Source: Thermodesulfovibrionales bacterium
Lineage (GTDB): Bacteria > Nitrospirota > Thermodesulfovibrionia > Thermodesulfovibrionales > UBA6898
NCBI GenBank assembly: GCA_044450345.1
Contig: JBIOIY010000001.1
Span: forward strand, 160,001 to 224,000
Length of the DNA: 64,000 nt
Reading direction: 5' to 3'
The position numbers were made by a program, and so were the translations under genes. Within the stretch, counting starts at the first letter, position 1, and every line of letters starts with the position of its first letter. Under the pieces are notes generated by a model, which saw only the letters and a list, made by a program, of their open reading frames with translations, made no database searches and was not told the DNA's origin. Shown one piece after another: positions 48,732-58,586 of this stretch.

Positions 48732-49581
48732 AATACTGATAGAGAGCGGAGAAATCCTTCTCTCCGAGTCCGCTGCGGACGGCGAGGGCAACCGACTCCT
48801 TAATAGCATGCATGGTGGGCATCGGGACCCCGCATTCATAGGCCGTAACCGACGCAAGCTGCAGGTCCTTATGCATCCATTTGAGTGGGAACTGGGGCTC
48901 GTAGATCCCGGACTCGATCAGGGGCCTCTTAAGGGCAAGAAAAGGAGCGGTCACTGGAGATTTGAGGAGGGTATCGAAGAGAGCTTCACGGGAAATGCCG
49001 AGGGACTCCCCGAGCACCATCGCCTCGGAGAAAGCAGCCATGGCGCCGGCAAGGAGAATGTTGTTCGCCATCTTCATGGCCGTGCCCATTCCGTTTTCGC
49101 CGATGTGGAAGACCGCCTTGCCCATGGCTTCCAAAAGGGGCATCGAGAATTCGACATCTTTCTTATCTCCGCCCACGAAAAAGAGGAGCTGCGCATCCTC
49201 CGCCGGTATCTTCGAGCCCGCAACCGGCGCGTCTAAGAAACGCACATATCTTTTCTTGCATTCATCGGCCATTTTTATGGAAAAGGATGGATTAACGGTA
49301 CTGCAGTCGATCCATAGAGAGCCTTTCGGCAAGTGATCGAGAAAACCTTCCTTGCCAAGGGCGACCCCGGTCACAGCAGCCGGTTCGGAGAGCATAGTGA
49401 TTACAACCGATACGCTTTCTGCAACCTTAGCAGGGGTTTCGGCAAAGACCGCACCCCGGGCGATAAGTGGCGCTGTCTTATCCTTTGTCCTGTTAGAGAC
49501 GATAAGTTCGTGGCCCTTCTTAAGCAGATTGCCTGCCATGCGACTCCCCATGATGCCCAGACCGATAAATCCGACTTTCAT
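48685..49581 (-). CDS. 3-hydroxyisobutyrate dehydrogenase / beta-hydroxyacid dehydrogenase family
   Basis: VGFIGLGIMGSRMA, IDCST, FLDAPVAGS, MKMANN, MHKDL. Confidence 0.92.
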   Translation of the reverse strand: MKVGFIGLGIMGSRMAGNLLKKGHELIVSNRTKDKTAPLIARGAVFAETPAKVAESVSVVITMLSEPAAVTGVALGKEGFLDHLPKGSLWIDCSTVNPSFSIKMADECKKRYVRFLDAPVAGSKIPAEDAQLLFFVGGDKKDVEFSMPLLEAMGKAVFHIGENGMGTAMKMANNILLAGAMAAFSEAMVLGESLGISREALFDTLLKSPVTAPFLALKRPLIESGIYEPQFPLKWMHKDLQLASVTAYECGVPMPTMHAIKESVALAVRSGLGEKDFSALYQYLKTPSGKTAGNLNAR

Positions 49582-49829
49582 ATGCCCTCCTTTTTTAATC
49601 TTGATTGCCTGTTTTCACCCTATCTCAAAATACTTATAAATGATTTTATCCGTTAGAAGGGCGAAGGTCCCCAATGGGGCGGGGATCTCGTCTGAATGCT
49701 GCGGGAGAAGGCGGTTTCGAATCAGTAATAGTCCAGCTAAACAGCCAGCTCTCGGCAAGGAACGACTTCTCGGAAACTATTCAAGTGAGATATGCCGAAA
49801 GATGGCGGGCCAGAATGGCCTCCCGCAGA

Positions 49830-50015
49830 CTACCTGGCGATCTTCTTTTTGACCGCCTTTACCACAGAGGAGGTCTTTTTCGCAACGGTCTTTTTGACGG
49901 CTGTGGCCTTCTTTACCACCTTCTTCGCCACTTTTTGCTCAATCTTCGTCGCCTTCTTTACGGCCTTCTTCACCGCTTTTTGCACTGTCTTCTTCACCGT
50001 CTTCTTCCCGAACAT
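49830..50015 (-). CDS. small Lys/Ala/Val-rich histone-H1-like protein
   Basis: 61 aa with 23 Lys in KKAV/KKTV repeats; GAGGAGG RBS; own promoter. Confidence 0.75.
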   Translation of the reverse strand: MFGKKTVKKTVQKAVKKAVKKATKIEQKVAKKVVKKATAVKKTVAKKTSSVVKAVKKKIAR

Positions 50016-50066
50016 GTCTCCTCCTCAAAAGATCTATTTTTTCCGGATGCCCAAGCACCTGTCCGA

Positions 50067-50095
50067 ATGCTATCAGGTATCGTCCGGGATGTCAA
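50067..50095 (-). promoter_or_regulatory. sigma70-type promoter for the H1-like gene
   Basis: TTGACA-17 nt-TAGCAT on the minus strand. Confidence 0.6.
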
Positions 50096-50154
50096 TTCCG
50101 GCCGCAAGGGATCAACCGAATCCGGCTACCGAAACAGGTAAATTCAGCGACCCG

Positions 50155-51369
50155 TCATATACGACCAGTATCCTCACTCGAAACCTCCAGGGCGGTTTTT
50201 AGAATATATCGCAATTTCCTTTCATTGACTATTCCCTGCAGCATCTTCACAATGATTATGACGCTCAATCCGCATGCAGCGCCGAGCATCAGGTAGCCTG
50301 AGTAGTCGTTCCAGGCCTTTTCCATCGTAAAGGCGGATTGCACCACGTCGGACTGCTGCGCTATCCATGTTTTCACGGCCGGTTTATTTAGTGCAATCCA
50401 GTCTCTTATCGCCGTCTTGCCGGTCAGCCCGGTTGTTGATCTGACCCACGCATTCAGCGCCGGCTCATAGGCATATCTGTAATCCGAGGAGATTTGTTTG
50501 AAGATGACGGAAACACCCGACAGCAGCATCGTGACGGAAAAATAGAGGCGAATGATGAGCCCTTTCACATATTTTGTCGCGAGTGTTCCGCACTGGGCGC
50601 CTATTGCGGCACCCGAAAGCATGACAATTGCGGCGACGATCTCCACCCTTGCCTTTGCTGCATAAGTAAATGCGCCGTATGATCCGGTAATCATGACCTC
50701 AAAGAGATCTGTGCCTACGGCTATCGTTGTCGGGCAGCCGATGATATACATGAGTGCCGGCATTCTTATGAAACCCCCTCCGACGCCGAGGAAGCCGGCA
50801 AAAAAGCCCGTAAATAATGCGACCGAACCTATGACCCAAAGTGATATCGTGATTCCCGATGTCCTCAGAGTGATCATGGGAGCCAGATGGATACCCTGCA
50901 GTTTCCTGGCGAGCTTCGACATGGCCGGGTCTTTCAAACTATGTCCGGAGGAATGCCTTGTGAGTGTGTAGTACTCATAGAGCATGAACAGGCCTACACC
51001 AAAAAGAAAGAATATATAGACTATTCTCACCACAGGACCGACCCTGCCGATTTGCTCGAGCCACATGATCGTCCTTGCCCCGAACTCTATTCCGAAGGCC
51101 GTGAAAATGACCATGATGAGGCCGAGTCTCATATCGACATTGCCCAGTTTTCTGTGTTTGACGGTTGCAACAATGGACTTGCCTGCAACGTGCGCCATGT
51201 CGGTCCCTATCGCATATGCCATGGGAAAACCGAAAACGTTCAGGGCGGGGGTGACCATGAAAGCGCCGCCTATGCCGAAGAATCCCCCGATCACTCCGAC
51301 GGTGAATCCGAGGAGCACAAGCTTCCACGCCATTATCTCAACGCCGGCTATGGGGAGATATATTTCCAT
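50155..51369 (-). CDS. TauE/SafE family (sulfite exporter-like) membrane protein
   Basis: IYLPIAG, GGFFGIGGAFMVTP, AIGTD, GFLGVGGGFIRMP, AVGTDLF. Confidence 0.9.
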   Translation of the reverse strand: MEIYLPIAGVEIMAWKLVLLGFTVGVIGGFFGIGGAFMVTPALNVFGFPMAYAIGTDMAHVAGKSIVATVKHRKLGNVDMRLGLIMVIFTAFGIEFGARTIMWLEQIGRVGPVVRIVYIFFLFGVGLFMLYEYYTLTRHSSGHSLKDPAMSKLARKLQGIHLAPMITLRTSGITISLWVIGSVALFTGFFAGFLGVGGGFIRMPALMYIIGCPTTIAVGTDLFEVMITGSYGAFTYAAKARVEIVAAIVMLSGAAIGAQCGTLATKYVKGLIIRLYFSVTMLLSGVSVIFKQISSDYRYAYEPALNAWVRSTTGLTGKTAIRDWIALNKPAVKTWIAQQSDVVQSAFTMEKAWNDYSGYLMLGAACGLSVIIIVKMLQGIVNERKLRYILKTALEVSSEDTGRI

Positions 51370-51425
51370 TCTTTACTCTCCTTTTCTATCTATAGAGTTT
51401 GTCCCCGTGAAGTTGTTGCCCGCTC

Positions 51426-51596
51426 TTACGGATGAATTTCGGGCTTGTCTGCCCTGATCCCGATGAGCGCAAAAATAAGCTCGATCACGCCGGCAATGAA
51501 CCCGCCCAGACCAACCATGGTCAGGACTGTGAGGACCGCAAATCCTGTGTGATGGGACCTGTTGAGTTCTACTATCCAGTTGATGAGCTGTTCCAT
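51426..51596 (-). CDS. small membrane protein, 56 aa (not in ORF track)
   Basis: MEQLINWIVELNRSHHTGFAVLTVLTMVGLGGFIAGVIELIFALIGIRADKPEIHP; GGAG RBS; directly upstream of TauE. Confidence 0.7.
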   Translation of the reverse strand: MEQLINWIVELNRSHHTGFAVLTVLTMVGLGGFIAGVIELIFALIGIRADKPEIHP

Positions 51597-51662
51597 TTTT
51601 GTCAATCTCCTCCGGAGGTACTCTTTCCCTTGACGACAGACTTTCTCCCTTCTGCTTATCTC

Positions 51663-51833
51663 TTACCTTATGTCCGGCCCGGAAACCCTGTTTATTTTTC
51701 GGGACGACTGTATTTCGCGCTTCCGTTGTCCTGTCTTCTCCCTAAGAAATTCCCTTGCGGTCTCAAATTCTCCAGCCTCGGCAAAGGCGGCTGCCATAAA
51801 GATTCTCTGCCACTTTTCAGTGAAGCCCTTCAT
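51663..51833 (-). CDS. small protein with AAAFAEAGEFETARE motif, 56 aa (not in ORF track)
   Basis: MKGFTEKWQRIFMAAAFAEAGEFETAREFLREK...; AGGAGG RBS; first gene after a sigma54 promoter. Confidence 0.75.
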   Translation of the reverse strand: MKGFTEKWQRIFMAAAFAEAGEFETAREFLREKTGQRKREIQSSRKINRVSGPDIR

Positions 51834-51883
51834 ATTGTCTTCCTCCTTCCAGGTTACAAGTATCCCAACATCTCCCTATTATT

Positions 51884-51899
51884 AACAATATCGGTGCCA
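51884..51899 (-). promoter_or_regulatory. sigma54 promoter of the TauE operon
   Basis: TGGCAC-CGATA-TTGT on the minus strand. Confidence 0.7.
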
Positions 51900-51954
51900 C
51901 TCAAAAAACTTTTTTAAAATCAAGGCGATAGCCGCATCTCCTCAAAATGGATCC

Positions 51955-52099
51955 GCAAGAAAAACTTGCATAGGACATCAGCCGCGGGAGAAAGTATCGA
52001 AAGGGAGAGCAGAAAATACCCTGTTTCTACAGGGGTATGAGGAAGCGGTGACCCTTCCCAGGTTTTGTCATGATTCTTTGCATGCAATAAAAACTTGCA
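51955..52099. promoter_or_regulatory. palindromic enhancer-like sites
   Basis: GCAAG-AAAAA-CTTGC (51955-51969) and TGCAA-TAAAAAC-TTGCA (52083-52099). Confidence 0.6.
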
Positions 52100-52113
52100 T
52101 TTCGAGGAGCGGT

Positions 52114-53523
52114 TTATGCGGAGGTGGCGCTCCGGTGTTTCCTTTGACTCTTAAAGCCGGCCGCGCTTATTCCCAAAGCCTTTATTCTTTGCTGTAAGTT
52201 TTGTCTCTGAATATCCAGGAGGTGGGCGGCCCTGGAGATGTTACCCTGGCATTCTTTGAGTGCGGCCACAATAAGGTTGCGCTCGAATTCAAGCCTTGCG
52301 GACTTCAACGGCTTAAGATGGAATCTCTGATGAGATGTCGCCCTCATCTGTTTGATTGATGAGGGGAGGTCATTTACCGTAATTTTGTCGCCATGAGCAA
52401 AAGTCACCCCATAATCAACGGCGTTTTCGAGCTCCCTCACATTGCCGGGATAATCGTAGCCCATCAGTAGTTCGAGGGCAGCGGAACTTATTTCGGTAAC
52501 TTTGTGATCTTTACGCTTTTTTGAGTATTTCTCTAGGAAATGTTGCGCAAGGAACGGGATATCTTCAGTTCTCTCCCGCAGCGGGGGGATATGTATCGAT
52601 ATAACGTTCAACCTGTAAAAAAGATCTTCCCTGAATAAGCCCTCGGTTATGGCTTTCCGAAGGTCGCGATTCGAAGCAGCCACGACCCTCACATCAGCAC
52701 TGGTAGGATAGGGGTCGCCGACCTTGTTGTATTCTCCTTCCTGTATGGCCCTGAGGAGCTTTGCCTGAAATCCCTGGGTCGTTTCACCGATCTCATCGAG
52801 TTAAAGAGTCCCGCCTGAGGCAATGTCAAGAAACCCTTTTTTATCCCTGATGGCCCCTGAGAAGGCGCCCTTCACGTAACCGAAAAATTCAGCTTCTATA
52901 AGGTCCCTTGAGATCGCCGCGCAATTTACCGGAACGAAGCGGTTGTTCCTGCGCAGGGAGTTGTAATGTATGGCCCTTGCGACAAGTTCCTTGCCTGTAC
53001 CGGACTCCCCCGTGATGAGGACATTACTGTCACTCCCCCCCGTCTGACGGATAGTCTTGAATATCTCCATCATCTTCTGGCTTTCCCCGATAATATTGCC
53101 GATGCCATAGCGACGGGAAACTTCAAGCCTCAGGCGCTGCACTTCAGCGGCGAGCGCAACCGTTTCGATCGCCCTTTTGGTGATGACGACCATTTTGTCC
53201 GGCAAAAGGGGTTTTCTTATATAGTCATGAGCGCCAAGTTTTATCGCCTCGACAGCGGTCTCTATAGTGGGCGTGTCCGTAATTACTATGACCTGGGCAG
53301 GATGATGCAGCTTTCTTGATTGAGCGAGGATTTCAAAGCCGCTCATGTCAGGGAGGGCCAAGTCCGTGTAGATTATATCAAAATTTTTTTCAGATATAAG
53401 GGCAAGAGCGTGCTGCCCCGTTGAAGCACTGGCTACCCAGTAGCCCTCTCTTGAAAAAAGCATTTCCAGGGCCCTGCAAATTTCTCTGTCATTGTCAACG
53501 ATCAGGATATTTGCCATTTTCAT
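52114..53523 (-). pseudogene. sigma54-dependent response regulator with in-frame TAA at 52803-52801
   Basis: Receiver, [14 protein letters not shown], then GGTL*LDEIGE continuing in frame to YPGNVREL and HTH. Confidence 0.85.
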
Positions 53524-53684
53524 CGACTGTTTCTCGTTGCCCTAAACTCCTTTCCACGTCATAAGTAAAGTCGCTCATAAAATCTTTACTATTTTTTCAG
53601 GTTTCAGTGACATTATCGCACGCAGATATAGTTGATTATATCAAAAATTCATACTTGAAACCGATTCAACGGCGGAATCTACCT

Positions 53685-55499
53685 CTACTTCTCCTCCTTC
53701 AGACGCACCATATACTTTCTCACCTCAGCCGCCACTTCCCGCGGCCCTGTGACGGCGGCAAAGCATTTCTTCTCCGCGCAAAGGTAGAGGGACTCCCTCG
53801 GGGGATAGCCGAGACGCGCGATAGCGGCCTCATCTTTCTTTAGCGAAAACACCTTGACCACCTTCCGGGGGACATAGATTCCGTTCACCGCGGCAAGGAA
53901 CCGTTCAGGTCCCCCAACGGTTATGATCACGATTTCGAGGGGCTCCCGGAGCTGCCATTCGAACGCGGTCCCGCAAAACCCGGCAGCAGGTCCGATCCTT
54001 CCGCAGTCGTCTTTTGTCCGCGCGATCGCCCGGGCAGCCAGCTCTTTGAGTTTCACGTCTTCCCGATACCCCGAAATCCTCAGTAGAAAAACAGCGGCCC
54101 TGAGATTCGAAACAGCGGCGTTGTACTCCATGAGCCCTCCCGGCTCAGAAGGCCCGATCAGCGTCGTCTCTATACTTGTACTGAAAGAGCCCTGTTGACT
54201 ATCGAAGAACTTCCCGGCTAGGAGGCGGGCCACGTCCCTGGCCGTGTCGATGTACCTCCTGTCCCCGGTCGCGTTGTAGAGATCGACGAGCGCGCTGCCG
54301 AATAGGACGTTGTCAGCAAGCAGTCCCGCCAGGTGTTTGTCCCCCTCACGATAATAACGATAGACCCCCTTTTTTTCAGAGTAGAGATTCCGGATCATGA
54401 ACACGGCCGCCTTCTTTGCCTGTTCGAGGTACTCCTTCGATCCTGTCGCGCCGGAGGCTGCCACGAGGGCGGTGATCATCTGAGCATTCGGACCGGCATA
54501 AATGGTGGGGTCGACACGCGGCGGCGCTCCCTCTCGCCTTTTCGCTGTGTAATATTCTTCGTCGGCATCCTGGCTCCCGTAGAAAACTCCGGTTTTCCGG
54601 TCGTAGAGATGATTCATGATATAGCCGATCGTCCCATCGAGGACCTTACGGTAGCCGTCTTTGCCGAGAGCCAGAGATGCCGATGCATAGTTCTTAGCAA
54701 GCCCCGCGTTCAGATCGAGCAGCTTTTCGTAATGGGGCGAAGACCAGTCAGGCCGCGTTGCGTACCTGAAAAACCCTCCGCCGATATCGTCATGTATACC
54801 GCCCGCCTCCATCCTGTCGAGCGTCACGGTGATCATTTCTTTTGTCTCTTCGTCACCGCTCCTCGTGTATTCGGATAGAAGGAAATCGATCGCCTCGGGG
54901 TTCGGAAATTTCTGCGCCATCCCGAAGCCGCCGTGCTGCCTGTCAAAGGCCGACCACAGGCTACCGACCGTCCTTTTCAGGTCCGCCGCCTTCAGTGTCG
55001 CTTCTCCTGCCTGTCCAAGCCCTTTCTCTCTCTTCTCTCCGATGCCGCGCCCGTCAGCCCTGAATGCCGCGACGCCCTTTTTCAGCCAGGAGACCATGTC
55101 CTCCAGCGGGATATAGGTACCCCCACGAACAATGTTCCCCTCCGGCGTAAGCACAAGGGTGCTCGGCCACCCTCCCTGGTTATAAAGGCTGTCGATATCC
55201 GGCCGCATGTCAGCGTCGACCCTCACGGGGATGAAATTCTCATTGATATAAGCGATGACGTCCGTGCCGGAGTATGTCGTCTCGTCCATGACATGGCACC
55301 AGTGGCACCACACCGCGCTCAGGGCAAGGAGAACAGGCCTCTGCAGCACCTTTGCTTCAGAAAAGGGATCCCGGCCCCATTGCCGCCAGTGTATGAGGCC
55401 GGCCTTGTTAGGCCGGGGTGAAAACCTGAAATCAGAAGCCGGTGCGGCCTGGGTGATAAAGATAAAGACGGACAGAATAGCTGCTGCGAATTTCCTCAT
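53685..55499 (-). CDS. exported thioredoxin-domain protein (DUF255 / YyaL / SSP411 family)
   Basis: Signal peptide, WCHWCHVM, RPDID..Y..GGWP, GGFG.AQKFP, GGGFFRY, PHYEKLL, SQDAD. Confidence 0.9.
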   Translation of the reverse strand: MRKFAAAILSVFIFITQAAPASDFRFSPRPNKAGLIHWRQWGRDPFSEAKVLQRPVLLALSAVWCHWCHVMDETTYSGTDVIAYINENFIPVRVDADMRPDIDSLYNQGGWPSTLVLTPEGNIVRGGTYIPLEDMVSWLKKGVAAFRADGRGIGEKREKGLGQAGEATLKAADLKRTVGSLWSAFDRQHGGFGMAQKFPNPEAIDFLLSEYTRSGDEETKEMITVTLDRMEAGGIHDDIGGGFFRYATRPDWSSPHYEKLLDLNAGLAKNYASASLALGKDGYRKVLDGTIGYIMNHLYDRKTGVFYGSQDADEEYYTAKRREGAPPRVDPTIYAGPNAQMITALVAASGATGSKEYLEQAKKAAVFMIRNLYSEKKGVYRYYREGDKHLAGLLADNVLFGSALVDLYNATGDRRYIDTARDVARLLAGKFFDSQQGSFSTSIETTLIGPSEPGGLMEYNAAVSNLRAAVFLLRISGYREDVKLKELAARAIARTKDDCGRIGPAAGFCGTAFEWQLREPLEIVIITVGGPERFLAAVNGIYVPRKVVKVFSLKKDEAAIARLGYPPRESLYLCAEKKCFAAVTGPREVAAEVRKYMVRLKEEK

Positions 55500-55523
55500 G
55501 CTTCATTGAAGCGGCCGGCTGAC

Positions 55524-55778
55524 CTATTCTGCCTCCTCGAAGTTCTTGATGAACTCTCCTATCTGGACACCCAGATAGATACATTTGACATTGTTCATAC
55601 ACTCATCCGCGTCTATTTTCTTGAGATGAGTGGTAAACTCGTGTTTACCTTTTGTCAACTTGACAAGGCACGCATTTTCCTCCCCGCTGAAGTCGAGGCT
55701 GAGCAATATCCCCCGCCTTCGAATTTCCGGGTACATCTCCGCTATTTTGTCTTTCAGCCCCTCATCCGTGTACGCCAT
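55524..55778 (-). CDS. small hypothetical protein
   Basis: AGGAGG RBS before MAYTDEGLKDKIAEMYPEI; 84 aa with C-x4-C. Confidence 0.7.
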   Translation of the reverse strand: MAYTDEGLKDKIAEMYPEIRRRGILLSLDFSGEENACLVKLTKGKHEFTTHLKKIDADECMNNVKCIYLGVQIGEFIKNFEEAE

Positions 55779-55803
55779 CGATCCTCCTGTATTCGCTTGG
55801 TAA

Positions 55804-55832
55804 GTAGGGGGCACGTTGCAACGTGCCCCTAC
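55804..55832. repeat. GTAG-type REP palindrome
   Basis: GTAGGGGGCACGTTGCAACGTGCCCCTAC. Confidence 0.85.
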
Positions 55833-55835
55833 GGA

Positions 55836-56066
55836 CTATCTCTTCGTCTTCATCGGCCTTTCACAACAGATGAGGTGGGTGGCTTCGGCACAGCCGCAGG
55901 CCGTGTCCACAGTAACGACCAGACCGCAGACCCCGCAGGAGTAACTGCTTCCTTCCTTCATCCCAGCCGCTTTCTTCACGGTCCTCCTTACCGGGGCCTT
56001 TTTTGATGCTGTCTTCACCGCAGCCTTCTTTGTGGCTGTTTTCTTTGCCGTCTTCGCTATTGCCAT
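55836..56066 (-). CDS. H1-like basic tail fused to desulforedoxin-like Cys domain
   Basis: KKTA/KKAA repeats then YSCGVCG..CGC..HLICCERPM; AGGAG RBS. Confidence 0.75.
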   Translation of the reverse strand: MAIAKTAKKTATKKAAVKTASKKAPVRRTVKKAAGMKEGSSYSCGVCGLVVTVDTACGCAEATHLICCERPMKTKR

Positions 56067-56211
56067 AGCTTTCTCCTTTCTGTTAAAAGTTCTGCCGCCA
56101 TAGCGGCCCTTTTAAAAAGTATATCGTAAAAACTCCTTCTTTGCTATCCGTATTGACTTACGTCCATTTCTTGCTAAGATGAAAACTAGATTTCGATCAA
56201 AAGGAGGCCCC

Positions 56212-56703
56212 ATGAAAAAGATATTTACGCTCTCAATCTTAATTCTTTCTTTTGTATCATTGGTCATTTTTACCGTGTCGGCAGAGGAAAAGACAGCGCC
56301 GCAGAGCATGAAACCGTCCGAGGGGTGGACCCTCCACATTGATGCAAAAAAGCATATTCCTAATATGCCCGACATGATCGCCCACCACTACTGCAAACAG
56401 GTATCAGGGGGACTCTTTGAATGCCAACTTTATGACAGCGACAAGCCCGACGCAAGGCTGATAGGTGTTGAGGTTGTTGTGGATAAAGAGACATGGGAGA
56501 AATTCCCCAATAAAGAGAAGACGCTTTGGCACTACCATAAGACCGAACTTAAGAAAGTAGATCCGACCCTCCCGGACCTTTCTTCTGAAGAAGGCGCGAA
56601 GACGCTGAAGGGCATGGAAGAAACCTACGGCAAAGTGTATATCCTTTGGAACCCTGCAAAGAACGATCCTACCGGAAAGCCGGCGGTGTCGATATTGCAT
56701 TAA
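56212..56703 (+). CDS. exported DUF1264 (OBAP-like) protein
   Basis: AHHYC, CQLYDSD..ARLIGVE, LWHYH, TYGK; AGGAGG RBS; signal peptide. Confidence 0.8.
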   Translation: MKKIFTLSILILSFVSLVIFTVSAEEKTAPQSMKPSEGWTLHIDAKKHIPNMPDMIAHHYCKQVSGGLFECQLYDSDKPDARLIGVEVVVDKETWEKFPNKEKTLWHYHKTELKKVDPTLPDLSSEEGAKTLKGMEETYGKVYILWNPAKNDPTGKPAVSILH

Positions 56704-56756
56704 GATAGACCGAAAATCCGCCCGTCGCGGGTAATGGAGAAAAAGTCAGGACAAGG

Positions 56757-58271
56757 TCACGTTTGACCTAAATTTTCCTTCGCCATCCTCCTGAAATGTC
56801 TCTCGAATATCTTCCTGAAATGAAAACCGTAAATGGAAAAGGTCACGGCCATCGGCAGGAGTTTGGGTTTCCTGAAGAGGGACCAGAAGACGAGCCTCCA
56901 ATAGTAGAAACGCTCCTTTCCGAACACCCCCAAAATGAACACGGACTTCAATCCGGCCTTCCAATAGCTGTACCGCATCTGCACCACCTTCTTCTGCATA
57001 GGCCGGTAATCCTTCATGAACCGTTTGACCCTTGTGTAATAATGCTTTGGGGAATAAATGGTCTCAATGATCTGCCTGTATCCGTTGATAAGCTTTTCAT
57101 AACTCATCTTCGGGACGAAGTTCATGGAAAGGTCCGTGTTGTCTCCCGTAGACGTCTTTAACAGCCTGTCCTCAGTGACCAGCCGCTTATAGAGTTTTGT
57201 GCCACGCGGCGCATTCAGCAGCCCCACCATGGCCGTCACGATCCCGCTCTCCTGTATGAACGTTATCATCTTCTCGAAGATCGAAGCAGGGTCCTGGTCG
57301 AACCCCACAATAAAACCGGCCTGGACCTCCAGCCCGAAGTCCTGTATTTTTTTAACACTGGCTATAAGGTCCCGGTTCCTGTTCTGCGTCTTTGCGCATT
57401 CGATCAGGCTTTCCTCATGCGGCGTCTCTATGCCGACAAACACCGTAAGGAACTCGGCCCGCGCCATCATCCTCATGAGTTCCTCGTCGTCAGCCAGATT
57501 GATGGAGGCCTCGGTCGAAAAGTAGAAAGGACGCTTTCGCTCCTCCATCCATTGGATAAGAGACGGGAGTATATTTTCCTTAAGTTTCTTTTTGTTGCCG
57601 ATAAAGTTGTCGTCCACAAAAAAAACCCCTTCTCTCCATCCCATGGAATATATCTTCTCCAGTTCCGCGAGCACCTGCCCGCTGTCCTTTGTCCTGGGGA
57701 CCCGGCCGTAGAGCGATGTGATGTTGCAGAATTCGCAGTCAAATGGGCATCCCCTGGAATACTGGATGTTCATGGAGGAATAGTGCCGCATGTCTATCAG
57801 TTCCCAGAGGGGAATAGGCGTTTTCGTCACGTCGGCCTTTTCAGTTGAGGTATAGAGACGTTCCGCCCTTCCCTCCGTTAAATCGTTGAGAAAAGGCGGC
57901 AGCGTTATCTCCGCCTCATTGAGTACCAGATAGTCCACGCCCCCGAAGTCTTCGTAGTCATTGCTAAAAAGGGGCCCTCCGGCAACAACCCTAACACCCA
58001 GTTCCTTACATCTTGTGAGCACGGCTTTAACGGATTCCTTCTGAACAGACATGGCGCCGAGAAAGACATAGTCGGCCCACATGAGGTCCTTGTCCCTAAG
58101 TTTCCGGACATTCATGTCCACAAGCCTTTTGCCCCATTCAGGCGGGAGCATGGCGGCCACAGTCAGCAGGCCGAGGGGCGGGTAGGCCGCCTTCTTCGAA
58201 GTGAACTTCAGGGCGTAGGAAAAGCTCCAGAAAGTATCAGGGTATTCCGGATAAACCAGCAGGATATTCAT
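56757..58271 (-). CDS. B12-binding radical SAM protein with DUF4070-type C-terminus
   Basis: YP.YPDTFWS, PPLGLLTVAA, SRGCPFDCEFC, FFVDDNFIGN. Confidence 0.92.
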   Translation of the reverse strand: MNILLVYPEYPDTFWSFSYALKFTSKKAAYPPLGLLTVAAMLPPEWGKRLVDMNVRKLRDKDLMWADYVFLGAMSVQKESVKAVLTRCKELGVRVVAGGPLFSNDYEDFGGVDYLVLNEAEITLPPFLNDLTEGRAERLYTSTEKADVTKTPIPLWELIDMRHYSSMNIQYSRGCPFDCEFCNITSLYGRVPRTKDSGQVLAELEKIYSMGWREGVFFVDDNFIGNKKKLKENILPSLIQWMEERKRPFYFSTEASINLADDEELMRMMARAEFLTVFVGIETPHEESLIECAKTQNRNRDLIASVKKIQDFGLEVQAGFIVGFDQDPASIFEKMITFIQESGIVTAMVGLLNAPRGTKLYKRLVTEDRLLKTSTGDNTDLSMNFVPKMSYEKLINGYRQIIETIYSPKHYYTRVKRFMKDYRPMQKKVVQMRYSYWKAGLKSVFILGVFGKERFYYWRLVFWSLFRKPKLLPMAVTFSIYGFHFRKIFERHFRRMAKENLGQT

Positions 58272-58586
58272 AAACAAACCCCCTATGCGAGGTTAAGATG
58301 GTTGATAAAATAAAAACAACGATTGGACGGCATGTTGCGGTGAGAACAAGTGTACGCTTCAATCGCTTTGCTTCTGTATACCTATCATAACACTATTAAC
58401 CCCCGGAAATAAGCTTTCTCAAAAACCTCAGATATTGTCTTTAGAGTTTCTTTAGCAGATACCATGGAGGTTGTCAATTGTTTGTATAGGTTCGTGTTGT
58501 ATTAATCCAACACTTTAACCGTGAAGAAAAAAGAAAAGCCCTTCGTCTTCCATTCCCCTCGTTTTCCCCATATAATCTAAAAAGAC

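Noticed and set aside
52801..52803. Recoding of the stop in the regulator as Sec or Pyl
   Set aside because: The codon is TAA, not TGA or TAG, and aligns with a hydrophobic Walker B residue
56757..58271. Hopanoid C-2 methylase hpnP
   Set aside because: The architecture is shared by many non-HpnP radical SAM proteins and no hopanoid genes are nearby
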